A stretch of 64,000 bases of DNA from Candidatus Izemoplasmatales bacterium (GCA_050949045.1 JBMNEZ010000001.1:1184001-1248000); one strand, 5' to 3'; positions 22,097 through 31,896 are shown, counted from the stretch's first letter. Translations and numbers: made by a program. Notes: generated by a model from the letters alone, not told the origin.

Positions 22097-23038
22097 TTAA
22101 CCCTTGATTCCGCTTCTTGATACGCCTCTCATGATCTGTTTGCGGAAAGTGAAGAAGATCAACAGCACGGGAATCGTGACTAAAACCGCAGCTGCCATTT
22201 GTTGGCCAAAGTCGGTTCTGCCGGTGCTGGTATCGGTGAACGCGCCACGAAGGCCATTGCTAACAAGCCGGTACGCATCTTTGGTCGTCACCATTTGAGG
22301 CCAAATGTAAGCATTCCAAGCTCCCATTGAATTCAAAATGACAATCGTGACGATTGTCGGCATCGCCACGGGAACCATTATCTTCCAGAGATATTGGAAG
22401 TCGGTCGTTCCGTCGACTTTTGCCGCAAAATAGAGCTCATTGGGAACTTGTTTGAAAGTTTGCCTGAGATAGAAAGTGTAAAAGACGCTTGTCATAAACG
22501 GAATTGTCATCGCCAGGATCGCATCGGAATAAGTCTGGTTGAAGATATCATACCATCCGAGTTTGTAAACCGTCAGAAAGTTTGTCAGAATGAAGATTTC
22601 TCCCGGAATCATCATTGTCGACAACAGAATCGCAAAAACAATATCCCGCCCCTTAAAATTCAACCTGGCAAACGCATACGCGGCCAGTATCGTCGTCAAA
22701 GTCGTTCCAATGGTTGTAATGATTGAAACCAAAACCGTGTTTCCCATATAGGTAAAGAATGGAAACAGCGGTTCCCCACGTCTCGGGCCGCTTGGCACAA
22801 GTTCAAAAAGCAAGCGATAGTTGTTGATTTGCCATTCGGAAGGTTTTAAAAATATAATCGGCGGAACCTGTTCGATCATTATCTGGGTTTTTAAAGAAGT
22901 GAGAATCATCCAGTAGAAGGGAATTAAAACCGAGATGGTGACGATTCCCAAAAAGATATAGACACCAATGGTGAACAGGATTTTTTTTGTTTTGTAAGAT
23001 TTTTCGTTCTTTACGAATACTTCTGCCATTTTGTCCAC
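22097..23038 (-). CDS. Carbohydrate-type ABC permease (UgpE/MalG-like)
   Basis: AAYAFARLNF, ELYFAAKVDG EAA loop, WNAYIWP. Confidence 0.92.
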   Translation of the reverse strand: MDKMAEVFVKNEKSYKTKKILFTIGVYIFLGIVTISVLIPFYWMILTSLKTQIMIEQVPPIIFLKPSEWQINNYRLLFELVPSGPRRGEPLFPFFTYMGNTVLVSIITTIGTTLTTILAAYAFARLNFKGRDIVFAILLSTMMIPGEIFILTNFLTVYKLGWYDIFNQTYSDAILAMTIPFMTSVFYTFYLRQTFKQVPNELYFAAKVDGTTDFQYLWKIMVPVAMPTIVTIVILNSMGAWNAYIWPQMVTTKDAYRLVSNGLRGAFTDTSTGRTDFGQQMAAAVLVTIPVLLIFFTFRKQIMRGVSRSGIKG

Positions 23039-23045
23039 CCCCCTC

Positions 23046-23948
23046 TTAATAATGGACCCGTTTTCTGCTTATAATTGCCTGCAGGCCGGAAAAGACGAGG
23101 GTTATCACAAATAAAGTGACAGCCGCTGCGGCTGCGTAACTATAATAGCCAATATTGAAATATTGGGCGCGATACTGATAGACAAAAGCGACGATTGTGA
23201 TCATGTCGCGGGGCTTGCCGCCCAAAGATTCGCCGAAGAGTCCGATTACTGAGTTATATGCCTTGAGTGCTCCGATCATCGAGGTGATCGAAATATAAAG
23301 GATCAAAGGCGATAGCAGGGGAACAGTAATTCTCTTGAAGACGGTCGATCTTGTCGCCGCATCGATTTTCGCGGCATCGTAATATTGTTTGTCAATGTTG
23401 GTAAGCCCGCTGGCGAATACAAGAATCTTGAACGCCAGACTGTCCCAAATTGTAAAAATCAAGAGCGCAGTCATTTGCCTGCCCCAAGTTGCGGTGCTGC
23501 CGATCCAATCGTATGGCTCAATGCCAAACCAACTCAAAAAAGCATTGAAAAGACCGTGGTTCTTATGGAAAATGACCGCAAACGCCATGCCAACCGCAAT
23601 GCCGTTGGTCACATACGGCAGGAAGAACACGGTCTGAAAAAAGGCTTTGACTTTGGGAATGGAATTCAAAGCGACCGCAATTAGCAATGATAAGATGATT
23701 GATAACGGAACCGAAATAAAAGCCAGTACGAATGTGTTTTTGAGCGCAGCTTTGAAATAATACTGATTCCAGACAAAAGTGTAATTATTGAATGTCAATC
23801 CCGCATAACGTTGGTTTAAAAGCGGTTGATAGCCTTTATAGAATGAAATAACAAAGGCATTCACCAACGGATAAAAAATGAAGACAATCATCAGGATGAG
23901 CATTGGTGCGAGATAGAGCCATGCTCTCCAGTTGTTTTTCTTTTCCAT
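23046..23948 (-). CDS. Carbohydrate-type ABC permease (UgpA/MalF-like)
   Basis: FFLPYVT, YDAAKIDA EAA loop, ITVPLLSP. Confidence 0.92.
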   Translation of the reverse strand: MEKKNNWRAWLYLAPMLILMIVFIFYPLVNAFVISFYKGYQPLLNQRYAGLTFNNYTFVWNQYYFKAALKNTFVLAFISVPLSIILSLLIAVALNSIPKVKAFFQTVFFLPYVTNGIAVGMAFAVIFHKNHGLFNAFLSWFGIEPYDWIGSTATWGRQMTALLIFTIWDSLAFKILVFASGLTNIDKQYYDAAKIDAATRSTVFKRITVPLLSPLILYISITSMIGALKAYNSVIGLFGESLGGKPRDMITIVAFVYQYRAQYFNIGYYSYAAAAAVTLFVITLVFSGLQAIISRKRVHY

Positions 23949-23954
23949 AGGCCG

Positions 23955-25037
23955 TTACTTAAGCAACTCGCCGTCAAGGTTGAAGAGATGCATTTTCTCT
24001 GGCTTGACCGTGAAATACACGGTTTGCCCGCTTTTAATCCGATATGAAGCGTCAACAATGGCTTTGAATGATTTTTTGTCCAGAAGCGTTTCTTCTTCTC
24101 CGGGCATGTCAATGATTAGCGTCGTGTCACGACCGATAGTTTCGACTAGGTTGACATCGAACATTACTTTGCTTTTTTGTTCGGTATCAACATTGAATCC
24201 CTCGGGGCGGATGCCGATGATAACTTTTTGGTCCGGTAGTTTTGTTTTCGCAATCGCCATATTTTCAATATAGATATCTTTGTTTTTTATTTCTCCTTCA
24301 AAAACATTGATTTGTGGATTACCAAGGAACTTGGCGACAAACAAATTGGCAGGAAAATCATAAACACTCTGAGGTTCGCCCATTTGCTGGATGACGCCGT
24401 CTTTCATAACAACGATCTCATCAGAAATCGACATGGCCTCTTCCTGATCGTGGGTGACAAAAACAGTCGTGATCCCTGTCTCTCTCTGGATCCGTTTGAT
24501 CTCTTCTCTTGTTTGGAGCCTTAAGCGGGCATCGAGATTGGACAAGGGTTCGTCAAGCAGAAGTACGCGCGGTTTCTTAACAAGAGCTCTCGCGATGGCG
24601 ACGCGTTGTTGTTGTCCGCCAGAAAGCTCTTTTGGCTTTCGATCGAGCATTTCCTGAAGGCCGACAAGCTCGGCCATTTCATATGTTCGGCGTTTAGCTT
24701 CTTCTTTTTCAACTTTGAGGTTTTGCAGCGGAAACAAAATATTCTCTCTAACAGTCATGTGCGGGTACAAAGCGTAGTTTTGAAAAACAAGGCCTATGCC
24801 CCGCTTTTCTGGTGGCATTTCCGACACTTCATCCGTATCAAAATAAATTTGCCCCTCTGTTTGCCTCAGCAAACCGGCGATGAGATATAGTGTCGTCGAT
24901 TTGCCGCAACCCGAGGGGCCTAGAAGGCCTACCAGTTTTCCCGAGGGAATGGTCAAATCGACATGGTCTACGGCGTGAACTTCTTTTTTGTTTTTGCTAA
25001 TGAAGATTTTTGTCAGATTTTCCATTCTGATTTCCAT
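23955..25037 (-). CDS. ABC transporter ATP-binding protein (MalK/UgpC-like)
   Basis: GPSGCGKST, LSGGQQQR, LLLDEPLSNLD, C-terminal TOBE region. Confidence 0.95.
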   Translation of the reverse strand: MEIRMENLTKIFISKNKKEVHAVDHVDLTIPSGKLVGLLGPSGCGKSTTLYLIAGLLRQTEGQIYFDTDEVSEMPPEKRGIGLVFQNYALYPHMTVRENILFPLQNLKVEKEEAKRRTYEMAELVGLQEMLDRKPKELSGGQQQRVAIARALVKKPRVLLLDEPLSNLDARLRLQTREEIKRIQRETGITTVFVTHDQEEAMSISDEIVVMKDGVIQQMGEPQSVYDFPANLFVAKFLGNPQINVFEGEIKNKDIYIENMAIAKTKLPDQKVIIGIRPEGFNVDTEQKSKVMFDVNLVETIGRDTTLIIDMPGEEETLLDKKSFKAIVDASYRIKSGQTVYFTVKPEKMHLFNLDGELLK

Positions 25038-25210
25038 ATTTCAGTCTCCTATCGTAACATAACTTCATTTAATTATAGCATTTGACTGTTAATGTTTTAT
25101 ATATTTCATATATAAATTATGTAAAAAGAAGCAATAATTCACCAATTTTCTCAATAATTGCTCAAAAAAAAGGGGGATACTATCAGTTAAGAATATTATA
25201 CCCCTTTGAT

Positions 25211-25543
25211 TTACATTCCTTTAATAATTGACATTGCGAACTGATAAATAATCGACCCTGTGAAATTGTCGATAAGGTTCTGGATAATCCCTTTTTCCCA
25301 GAGAAAATAACCGATCACTCCAAGAACCGCGAGAACCAAAAACAGTTTGAAGAATTTTTTGATGAAAACAAATAAGCCGACGAGGGTAAAAATCCCGAGA
25401 AAAAGTATGATTCCGCCCTGAGCCCAGACAGGAAGCCCATTGAGTAAATCCAAAACCTTTTCAACATATGGCTGTAAGAACCCCTCGATTGTTTCCATAA
25501 TCGCCAAGAGAAGCATTTCCGAACCGAAAACCATTTGCCACAC
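25211..25543 (-). CDS. Hypothetical membrane protein
   Basis: 110-aa ORF with hydrophobic segments downstream of recR; start uncertain. Confidence 0.65.
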   Translation of the reverse strand: MWQMVFGSEMLLLAIMETIEGFLQPYVEKVLDLLNGLPVWAQGGIILFLGIFTLVGLFVFIKKFFKLFLVLAVLGVIGYFLWEKGIIQNLIDNFTGSIIYQFAMSIIKGM

Positions 25544-25639
25544 CTCTTTATATTTAACTTTATTTTTATGTTATTAAAAATTGGGTAATGATATTATAAC
25601 ATACTACTTATCTTTTAGAGAAGCCGGTTTTTCTGTTTT

Positions 25640-26239
25640 CTAAAACTTGCGTCTATATTCAAGCGCTTTAGCAAGAGTTTTATCGTCCGCATATTCCAAA
25701 TTTCCTCCAACCGGCATCCCATAGCCAATTCTTGTCACAAGAACATCGGTATTGGTGATGACCCGGTGGATATACATTGCCGTGGTTTCTCCTTCTTGGG
25801 TTGCGGAAGTGGCAATGATGACTTCCTTGACCTGCTCCTCGGCAATCCTATTCCAAAGACTTTTCAGGTTTAAGTCATCAGGACCAACGCCGTCGACTGG
25901 AGAGATCGCCCCGTGAAGAACGTGGTAACGTCCATGATACTTTCCCAATTTTTCGATGGCAAAAACGTCTTTGGGTGATTCTACGACTAAAATGGTTCCT
26001 TTATCGCGATTGTTATCGGCGCATACTGAACAGGGATCAACATCGGTCAGATGCCCGCAAATGGAGCACCTGCCGATTTTCGATTTGACAGAGGCCAATG
26101 CTTTGGAAAAGGCATCAAGATCTTCTTGACTGATTTTCCCAAGTGTATGTAAAGCGTAACGCTCTGCGGTTTTTCTGCCCACCCCCGGATATTTCATGAA
26201 ATGGAAAATGAGCTCTTCAAGCGCGTTTGGGTAGTTCAT
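25640..26239 (-). CDS. recR: Recombination protein RecR
   Basis: PGVGRKTAER, C4 zinc finger, Toprim EGETTA. Confidence 0.97.
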   Translation of the reverse strand: MNYPNALEELIFHFMKYPGVGRKTAERYALHTLGKISQEDLDAFSKALASVKSKIGRCSICGHLTDVDPCSVCADNNRDKGTILVVESPKDVFAIEKLGKYHGRYHVLHGAISPVDGVGPDDLNLKSLWNRIAEEQVKEVIIATSATQEGETTAMYIHRVITNTDVLVTRIGYGMPVGGNLEYADDKTLAKALEYRRKF

Positions 26240-26547
26240 CAGAAGAGTCCGGGAAACTTCATTCCTTGTGCTAGTGAACCAAGCGTTTCCTCCATCTCCC
26301 GATCAACTTTTCTGAATGCGTCATTGAGAGCAGCAATAATCAGGTCTTGAATCATATTGATATCATCGGTATCAATCTCGTCTTTTTTGATCTCAATCGA
26401 CATAACTTCCTTGGTTCCCTTTACAGCAACTTTGACAACCGACCCTCCGGCCTGGCCAAAAAATGTGGAGTCATTGATCTCTTTTTGTGCTTTTTTGAGA
26501 TCTTCCTGCATCTGCTGGATTTTCTTGATCATTTGCGGATTAATCAT
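26239..26547 (-). CDS. ybaB: YbaB/EbfC nucleoid-associated protein
   Basis: AGGSVVKV...QDLIIAALNDA; between dnaX and recR. Confidence 0.93.
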   Translation of the reverse strand: MINPQMIKKIQQMQEDLKKAQKEINDSTFFGQAGGSVVKVAVKGTKEVMSIEIKKDEIDTDDINMIQDLIIAALNDAFRKVDREMEETLGSLAQGMKFPGLF

Positions 26548-26570
26548 AATATCTATCACCTCTTAAAAGG

Positions 26571-28412
26571 CTATTTTTTAATTTTGACGAAGTCGCCGAA
26601 TAATTCCACAGCATCGGCGATAACTTTTTGCTCTTCCTTTTTTGCCGCCTCTTTGGTTTCTTGCGACATATCGCGAAGATCGTCGCAGACGATGGGCGAT
26701 AATTTAATGTCTCGTTTGCCTTGGCGCCATTGAGACACGAATTCCTCGGAAATACTTGAGAATAAATCCTCGGGAAGAGCAATGTAATCGATTTTACGGT
26801 CGAAAGTCTTGTGAAGAACTTCTTTAACAATCTCTTTGACACCCGGTTGCATCAACTCATTGCAGAGACTGGGCCCGGCAAATGTTAAGATAATATTTTT
26901 ATACGCACTGGCGGCGACCACGCCGCTTTCAAGTTTTAAAGCATATTGGCGATAGGTCCCTCCGAGATGGGTTTTCCCAAGCCGGTACCAATTATCGTTT
27001 AGATAAACTTTGTCTTCGCGGCTTCCGTTGTTGAGAACCTTTTCGACAAATTCAATTTTATAGGTATTGGCAATATCGCCGCAGTATTCTATGGTTTCTG
27101 ATGGTTGCGGTTTGCTTTCTTCTTGGAATTCGTTTTCATCATCCTTTTCATCGCGTAAAGCGATATCAACCGGTTCGATATTGTTTTTTTGTTTTACCTT
27201 TGGTAAAACAATTTTTTCAATGTCTTTGCTGGGTTCTATAATTTTCTCCGGTTTGGCTTTCAGCGTCTCCAAACTGGTCAATCTATTATCCAATTGTTCG
27301 ATTTCATTGAGAATCTTAGCGATGCTTTCGGTTTCGACATCCGCCATTCTGATAAAAGCGAGCTCCAAATAGAGCCTCGGGGCGTTGCTCCATTTGATTT
27401 CGTTAATCGCCTTGATCAAGATGTCGATATTGAAAAAGACGCGCTGATTGCTGATTGATTTGGCAATCGATCGAAATCTTTCATTATTGAAAACCATGTT
27501 GTTGCCATTAAGATTGCCAACGTTTTTGTACATTAGGACGTTTCGCAATAAATCAAGAAGGCTGAGAGCAATTTTTTGTACTTCTTTACCTTCAGTGATC
27601 AACTCATTCATAGCTTTGATGGCCTTCGTTGAATCCATGGCAAAGATGGCTTCAACAATCTCCATTTGTTTCTCAAAAGGCACGGCACCACAAATCTGAT
27701 TTACATCATCCATTTTGATGTATTCAGGGCTGAACGCCTGGGCTTGATCCAAAAGACTGATTGCGTCGCGGAGCGACCCTTCGGCGAAGACGGTGATCTG
27801 TTCCAAAGCATCTTCGTCGATGGTGATTTTCTCTTTGAGAATAATCTCGTGTAACTTTCCCAAAATATCGGGATTGGCGATTGTTTTGAAGTCAAACCGC
27901 TGACATCTTGAATGGATGGTTAAAGGAATTTTTTGAGGTTCGGTCGTGCAAAGGATAAAAATGACATGGACGGGCGGCTCTTCAAGCGTCTTGAGAAGCG
28001 CGTTGAAAGCTCCTAGAGAAAGCATGTGGACTTCATCGATGATGTAGACTTTATATTTCACATACCCCGGAAGATATTTGACTTTGTCTCTAATTTCCCT
28101 GATTTCATCGACGCCGTTGTTGCTTGCGGCATCGATTTCAATAATGTCGCTAATTGTTCCGTCTTGGATTCCCAGACAGTTTTGACACTCATTGCACGGA
28201 TTGGCAACCGGAGCACGCTCACAGTTGATTGCCTTGGCGAAAATCTTGGCAATGGACGTTTTCCCAGTGCCTCTGGGACCGCTGAAAAGATAAGCGTGAG
28301 ACACTTTGTTGGTCTGAAGCGCGTTTTGCAAAGTTGTCGTGATGTGTCTCTGGCCGGCGACTTCGGTGAAGTTTGTCGGCCGGTGAATCCTGTATAGGGC
28401 TTTGTAACTCAT
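26571..28412 (-). CDS. dnaX: DNA polymerase III gamma/tau
   Basis: YKALYR...GPRGTGKTS, DAASNNGVD, DEVHML, SRCQ. Confidence 0.97.
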   Translation of the reverse strand: MSYKALYRIHRPTNFTEVAGQRHITTTLQNALQTNKVSHAYLFSGPRGTGKTSIAKIFAKAINCERAPVANPCNECQNCLGIQDGTISDIIEIDAASNNGVDEIREIRDKVKYLPGYVKYKVYIIDEVHMLSLGAFNALLKTLEEPPVHVIFILCTTEPQKIPLTIHSRCQRFDFKTIANPDILGKLHEIILKEKITIDEDALEQITVFAEGSLRDAISLLDQAQAFSPEYIKMDDVNQICGAVPFEKQMEIVEAIFAMDSTKAIKAMNELITEGKEVQKIALSLLDLLRNVLMYKNVGNLNGNNMVFNNERFRSIAKSISNQRVFFNIDILIKAINEIKWSNAPRLYLELAFIRMADVETESIAKILNEIEQLDNRLTSLETLKAKPEKIIEPSKDIEKIVLPKVKQKNNIEPVDIALRDEKDDENEFQEESKPQPSETIEYCGDIANTYKIEFVEKVLNNGSREDKVYLNDNWYRLGKTHLGGTYRQYALKLESGVVAASAYKNIILTFAGPSLCNELMQPGVKEIVKEVLHKTFDRKIDYIALPEDLFSSISEEFVSQWRQGKRDIKLSPIVCDDLRDMSQETKEAAKKEEQKVIADAVELFGDFVKIKK

Positions 28413-28521
28413 CAGTCATCGCCTTTCTCATTGTAAGTGTTTCAACCACTGATTTTTAATTTAACAGAAACACTTGAAATGTATAACGGTAACATAAGGT
28501 TAAACTATCATTGTTATTATA

Positions 28522-29034
28522 CTACAATCGGCCTTCTTTTTCACTTGTCGCTTGTGATTTACCTAAAGATTCACGTACCTCTCTTACGTGTTCGATTACA
28601 AATTTCATCGCTCTTGCCTCGAGCGTTTGCGAACGGAATCTTTTTTCCAGTTTTTCGAGCGTCCATTGTTCATTTTCGCCGTTTTTGGCTATTTGATATG
28701 CAATCTTCAATGAACCTTGAAATTTTTGATCCTGTTGAAGTTTCCGGTAGTCCTCGAGAATAAAAACTTTTGATTCATGCATTTTTTTATTGATCTCTTG
28801 TATAAAATCAGCTTCGTAATCGACTTTTTGTTTCTTCCTGGCAATCTTATCAAGCAAAAAATCGCCCAACCAGTAGATGCCGGTAAAAACAAGTGGAACA
28901 AAAAACAGACTGGTTAATTCAGATATTTTCGCTCTGTTTGTCAAAACCATATATAATGTGTAACCCGCTACGATTATCGTTGACAATAGAAAAATGAATA
29001 AATAGTATTTTAGCGGTTTCAACTGTCTCTTCAT
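28522..29034 (-). CDS. Hypothetical protein, two N-terminal TM helices
   Basis: ORF with GGGTGA RBS; two hydrophobic stretches and a charged C-terminus. Confidence 0.7.
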   Translation of the reverse strand: MKRQLKPLKYYLFIFLLSTIIVAGYTLYMVLTNRAKISELTSLFFVPLVFTGIYWLGDFLLDKIARKKQKVDYEADFIQEINKKMHESKVFILEDYRKLQQDQKFQGSLKIAYQIAKNGENEQWTLEKLEKRFRSQTLEARAMKFVIEHVREVRESLGKSQATSEKEGRL

Positions 29035-29100
29035 GTTATCACCCAAAAGTATTATACAATAATAACTCTATATTATGATAAAATAATCATGGTGATCAAT

Positions 29101-30450
29101 ATGATTTTGGATACAATCGTGGGAAAAGCAACCGCATCCGGGCCTGCGGCTCTCAATGTCATCCGCATTTCCGGTGATGAGGCTATCAAGATTGTCGCTT
29201 CTATCTTCAAAGGCCCCAATCTGTTATTGGTTGAAAACAATACCGTAAACTACGGACACATCATCGACAAAAACTCTGTCATTGATGAAGTAATGGCATC
29301 TGTTTTTCGTAGACCACGGTCTTTCACTTCCGAAGACACGGTGGAAATAACCTGTCATGGTGGTGATTTTGTGGCTGCCGAAATCATCAGGCTTTTGATT
29401 AGGCAAGGCGCAAGATTAGCGTATCCGGGAGAATTCACCAGAAGGGCTTTTCAAAATGGCCGTATCGATCTCACCGAGGCGGAAGGGATCATGGATGTGA
29501 TTAATGCCAGAACAAACATTCAATTATCCCTTGCCCAAAACGCAATTGGAGGGCAAACGAAAACGGAAATCAAAAAAATGCAAGATGAATTGATTTCAAT
29601 GATAGCAGAAATCGAAGTCAATATTGATTATCCCGAATACGATGATGCCCCGATAATCACAAACAGGCTCATCTTTTCGCGTCTTGAACCTTTGATTAAA
29701 GAAATCAACTTCTTTATTCAAAACTCCTCAACCGGCAAAATCATCCGTGACGGTATTAAAACTGTAATTGTTGGAAAACCTAATGTGGGAAAATCATCAC
29801 TCCTCAATTCGCTCATCAAAGAGGACAAGGCGATTGTGACCGAGATTTCGGGAACTACAAGGGACTTGGTTGAAGCCGAACTTAATTTGAATGGACTCTT
29901 AATTAAACTAATCGATACTGCTGGAATACGTGATACCAGCGATTTTATCGAAAGCATCGGTATCGAAAAAACCAAAAAAGCGATTTCTGAAAGCGATTTG
30001 ATTCTCTTGGTCCTTGATCAAAGCGACCACCTGACCGAGCTGGATTTCCAATTGCTCGACCTCACCAAAGACAAACGACGAATCTTGGTTGGCAACAAAG
30101 TCGATCTGGGAGCGAGAGCGGAGCTGGAAAACGAAAACATAATATCGGTTTCCGCTAAAAAAAATATCGGACTCGATAAACTGGGCAAAGCAGTTGAATC
30201 TCTCTTTCTTGGAAAATATCAGTCTAATCGGGATATGGTGCTTTTTTCCAACGCTAGGCACATCGCAATACTTGAAAAAGTGTTTTCTTCCCTTTGTTCA
30301 GCTAAAAAGGCGGCTTTGGACGGTATGCCCATTGACATCATCGGGATTGATCTCAACGAAGCTTGGCGCCTTCTTGGCGAAATAACCGGCGAAACCGCCA
30401 ACGATTTGTTGCTTGATACTTTGTTTTCTAGGTTTTGCCTCGGTAAATAA
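29101..30450 (+). CDS. mnmE: tRNA modification GTPase MnmE
   Basis: GEFTRRAF, GKPNVGKSS, GTTRD, DTAG, C-terminal FCLGK. Confidence 0.97.
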   Translation: MILDTIVGKATASGPAALNVIRISGDEAIKIVASIFKGPNLLLVENNTVNYGHIIDKNSVIDEVMASVFRRPRSFTSEDTVEITCHGGDFVAAEIIRLLIRQGARLAYPGEFTRRAFQNGRIDLTEAEGIMDVINARTNIQLSLAQNAIGGQTKTEIKKMQDELISMIAEIEVNIDYPEYDDAPIITNRLIFSRLEPLIKEINFFIQNSSTGKIIRDGIKTVIVGKPNVGKSSLLNSLIKEDKAIVTEISGTTRDLVEAELNLNGLLIKLIDTAGIRDTSDFIESIGIEKTKKAISESDLILLVLDQSDHLTELDFQLLDLTKDKRRILVGNKVDLGARAELENENIISVSAKKNIGLDKLGKAVESLFLGKYQSNRDMVLFSNARHIAILEKVFSSLCSAKKAALDGMPIDIIGIDLNEAWRLLGEITGETANDLLLDTLFSRFCLGK

Positions 30451-30466
30451 TGTTTCACGTGAAACA
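30451..30466. other. parS: parS site
   Basis: TGTTTCACGTGAAACA, perfect 16-bp palindrome matching the Spo0J/ParB consensus. Confidence 0.92.
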
Positions 30467-30479
30467 TCATAATATACAT

Positions 30480-30522
30480 AAAGGCGCAATCCGATATTTG
30501 TTGATCTGGACTGCGCCTTTTT
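30480..30522. terminator. Terminator between convergent mnmE and ttcA
   Basis: AAAGGCGCA...TGCGCCTTTT inverted repeat. Confidence 0.65.
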
Positions 30523-30524
30523 CG

Positions 30525-31340
30525 TCAGTATTGATCCAAAAACGAGTGTTTTTCCTGTTCATCATAGTATCCTAGAACGTTCTTGATATTCACGTTCTCT
30601 GCAGATCGGAAGATGTTGATGTCAATGTTCTTATATTTCTCGAGCATTGACTCTATCATTTTTTTGATTTCGTTTCTCTTAGAATCCATATTAATTTCCT
30701 CAGCCGGACACCCGCCCCCGCTTATATTGATATCATGATATCGGGAAAATTTGATTATATCTTTTTCTTTTATTAAGTACATCGGCCTAATCAATTCCAT
30801 GTTTTCATAATTTTCGGCTTTCGCTTTTGGCAACATCGTCTTGAAGCAACCGGCATAGAAAATATTTAGAAGTGTCGTTTCGATAACGTCGTTAAAATGG
30901 TGTCCAAGCGCAAGTTTATTGCATCCGAGTTCTTTGGCTTTGCCATAAAGAACGCCTCTTCGCATCCTTGCGCAGAGATAACAAGGAGAATCCGGAGACA
31001 TCGTCTTGGCTGCCGCAAACAACTTTGTGGGATAAACAGAGGGCGCCATCCCCAGCTTTTCACAATTATTTTTATGGGTTCTTAAAGCATCCTCGGTATA
31101 GCCGGGATCAATGGTGATCAATTTCATCTCAAAATCAAGTTGCCCGTATTTTTTAAAGGTCTGAAAAAGTTTGGCAAGAAGCAATGAATCCTTGCCGCCG
31201 CTGATTGCCACGGCAATCACATCGCCATTATCAATTAATTTGTAATCGCTGATCGCTTTTACGAATTTGGAGTACAAAGAGCCTTTAAAAGATTTCATCA
31301 GACTTCTTTCTATCATCGTTTCTCGTGATAATTGTCGCAT
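30525..31340 (-). CDS. ttcA: TtcA-family tRNA 2-thiocytidine biosynthesis PP-loop ATPase
   Basis: SGGKDS, PCYLCARMRRG, LGHHFND, IRPM. Confidence 0.85.
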   Translation of the reverse strand: MRQLSRETMIERSLMKSFKGSLYSKFVKAISDYKLIDNGDVIAVAISGGKDSLLLAKLFQTFKKYGQLDFEMKLITIDPGYTEDALRTHKNNCEKLGMAPSVYPTKLFAAAKTMSPDSPCYLCARMRRGVLYGKAKELGCNKLALGHHFNDVIETTLLNIFYAGCFKTMLPKAKAENYENMELIRPMYLIKEKDIIKFSRYHDINISGGGCPAEEINMDSKRNEIKKMIESMLEKYKNIDINIFRSAENVNIKNVLGYYDEQEKHSFLDQY

Positions 31341-31437
31341 AATACGCCTCCTTGGTACTCAATTATTATACAATGTTTTATAAAACAAGTAAATTGTTTC
31401 GTTATTGTAAATAATTTAAAATATTTGTAAATAATTA

Positions 31438-31466
31438 TTGAGTTGTCCATAATCGGATGATATAAT
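31438..31466 (+). promoter_or_regulatory. sigma-A promoter of the hyp-NfeD-RDD-SPFH operon
   Basis: TTGAGT-17-TATAAT with extended TG. Confidence 0.65.
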
Positions 31467-31510
31467 TATTAATAGAAAAAGATATGATTGTAATGGGGGG
31501 AAAGATAATA

Positions 31511-31894
31511 ATGAATTTCACCTGGGCTTCAAAAAAACCTCTGGATGAAATTGCAACTTTGTATGAGGCCAACATTACTTTGAATAAGTCTGCAACTTCA
31601 TACTTTGAAAACGCTTATGTGGTGCTTCTTGGACTCGATCGCGACAGTCAGGCAATTGCAATCAAGCCAATCACCAAAGAGGAACTCAAACTCGGCTTCA
31701 TTCCTGAATCCCAGCAGCACAACATAACCGTAAAATCCAGTTATTCTCGTGTCTGCAACAAACTCTTCTTGAAAGAGGTTTCCGATTTAATTGGCTTGGA
31801 ATTTGGCAACAATCAGTCATACAAATTCAAGGCTTCCTGGAACGAGAAGGAAAAGGCTTTGATTATTGATTTGAAGAATAGCGAGGTGGCATAA
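31511..31894 (+). CDS. Hypothetical soluble protein, first gene of the operon
   Basis: MNFTWASKK... 127 aa with G-rich RBS; 2 nt from nfeD. Confidence 0.75.
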   Translation: MNFTWASKKPLDEIATLYEANITLNKSATSYFENAYVVLLGLDRDSQAIAIKPITKEELKLGFIPESQQHNITVKSSYSRVCNKLFLKEVSDLIGLEFGNNQSYKFKASWNEKEKALIIDLKNSEVA

Positions 31895-31896
31895 AG

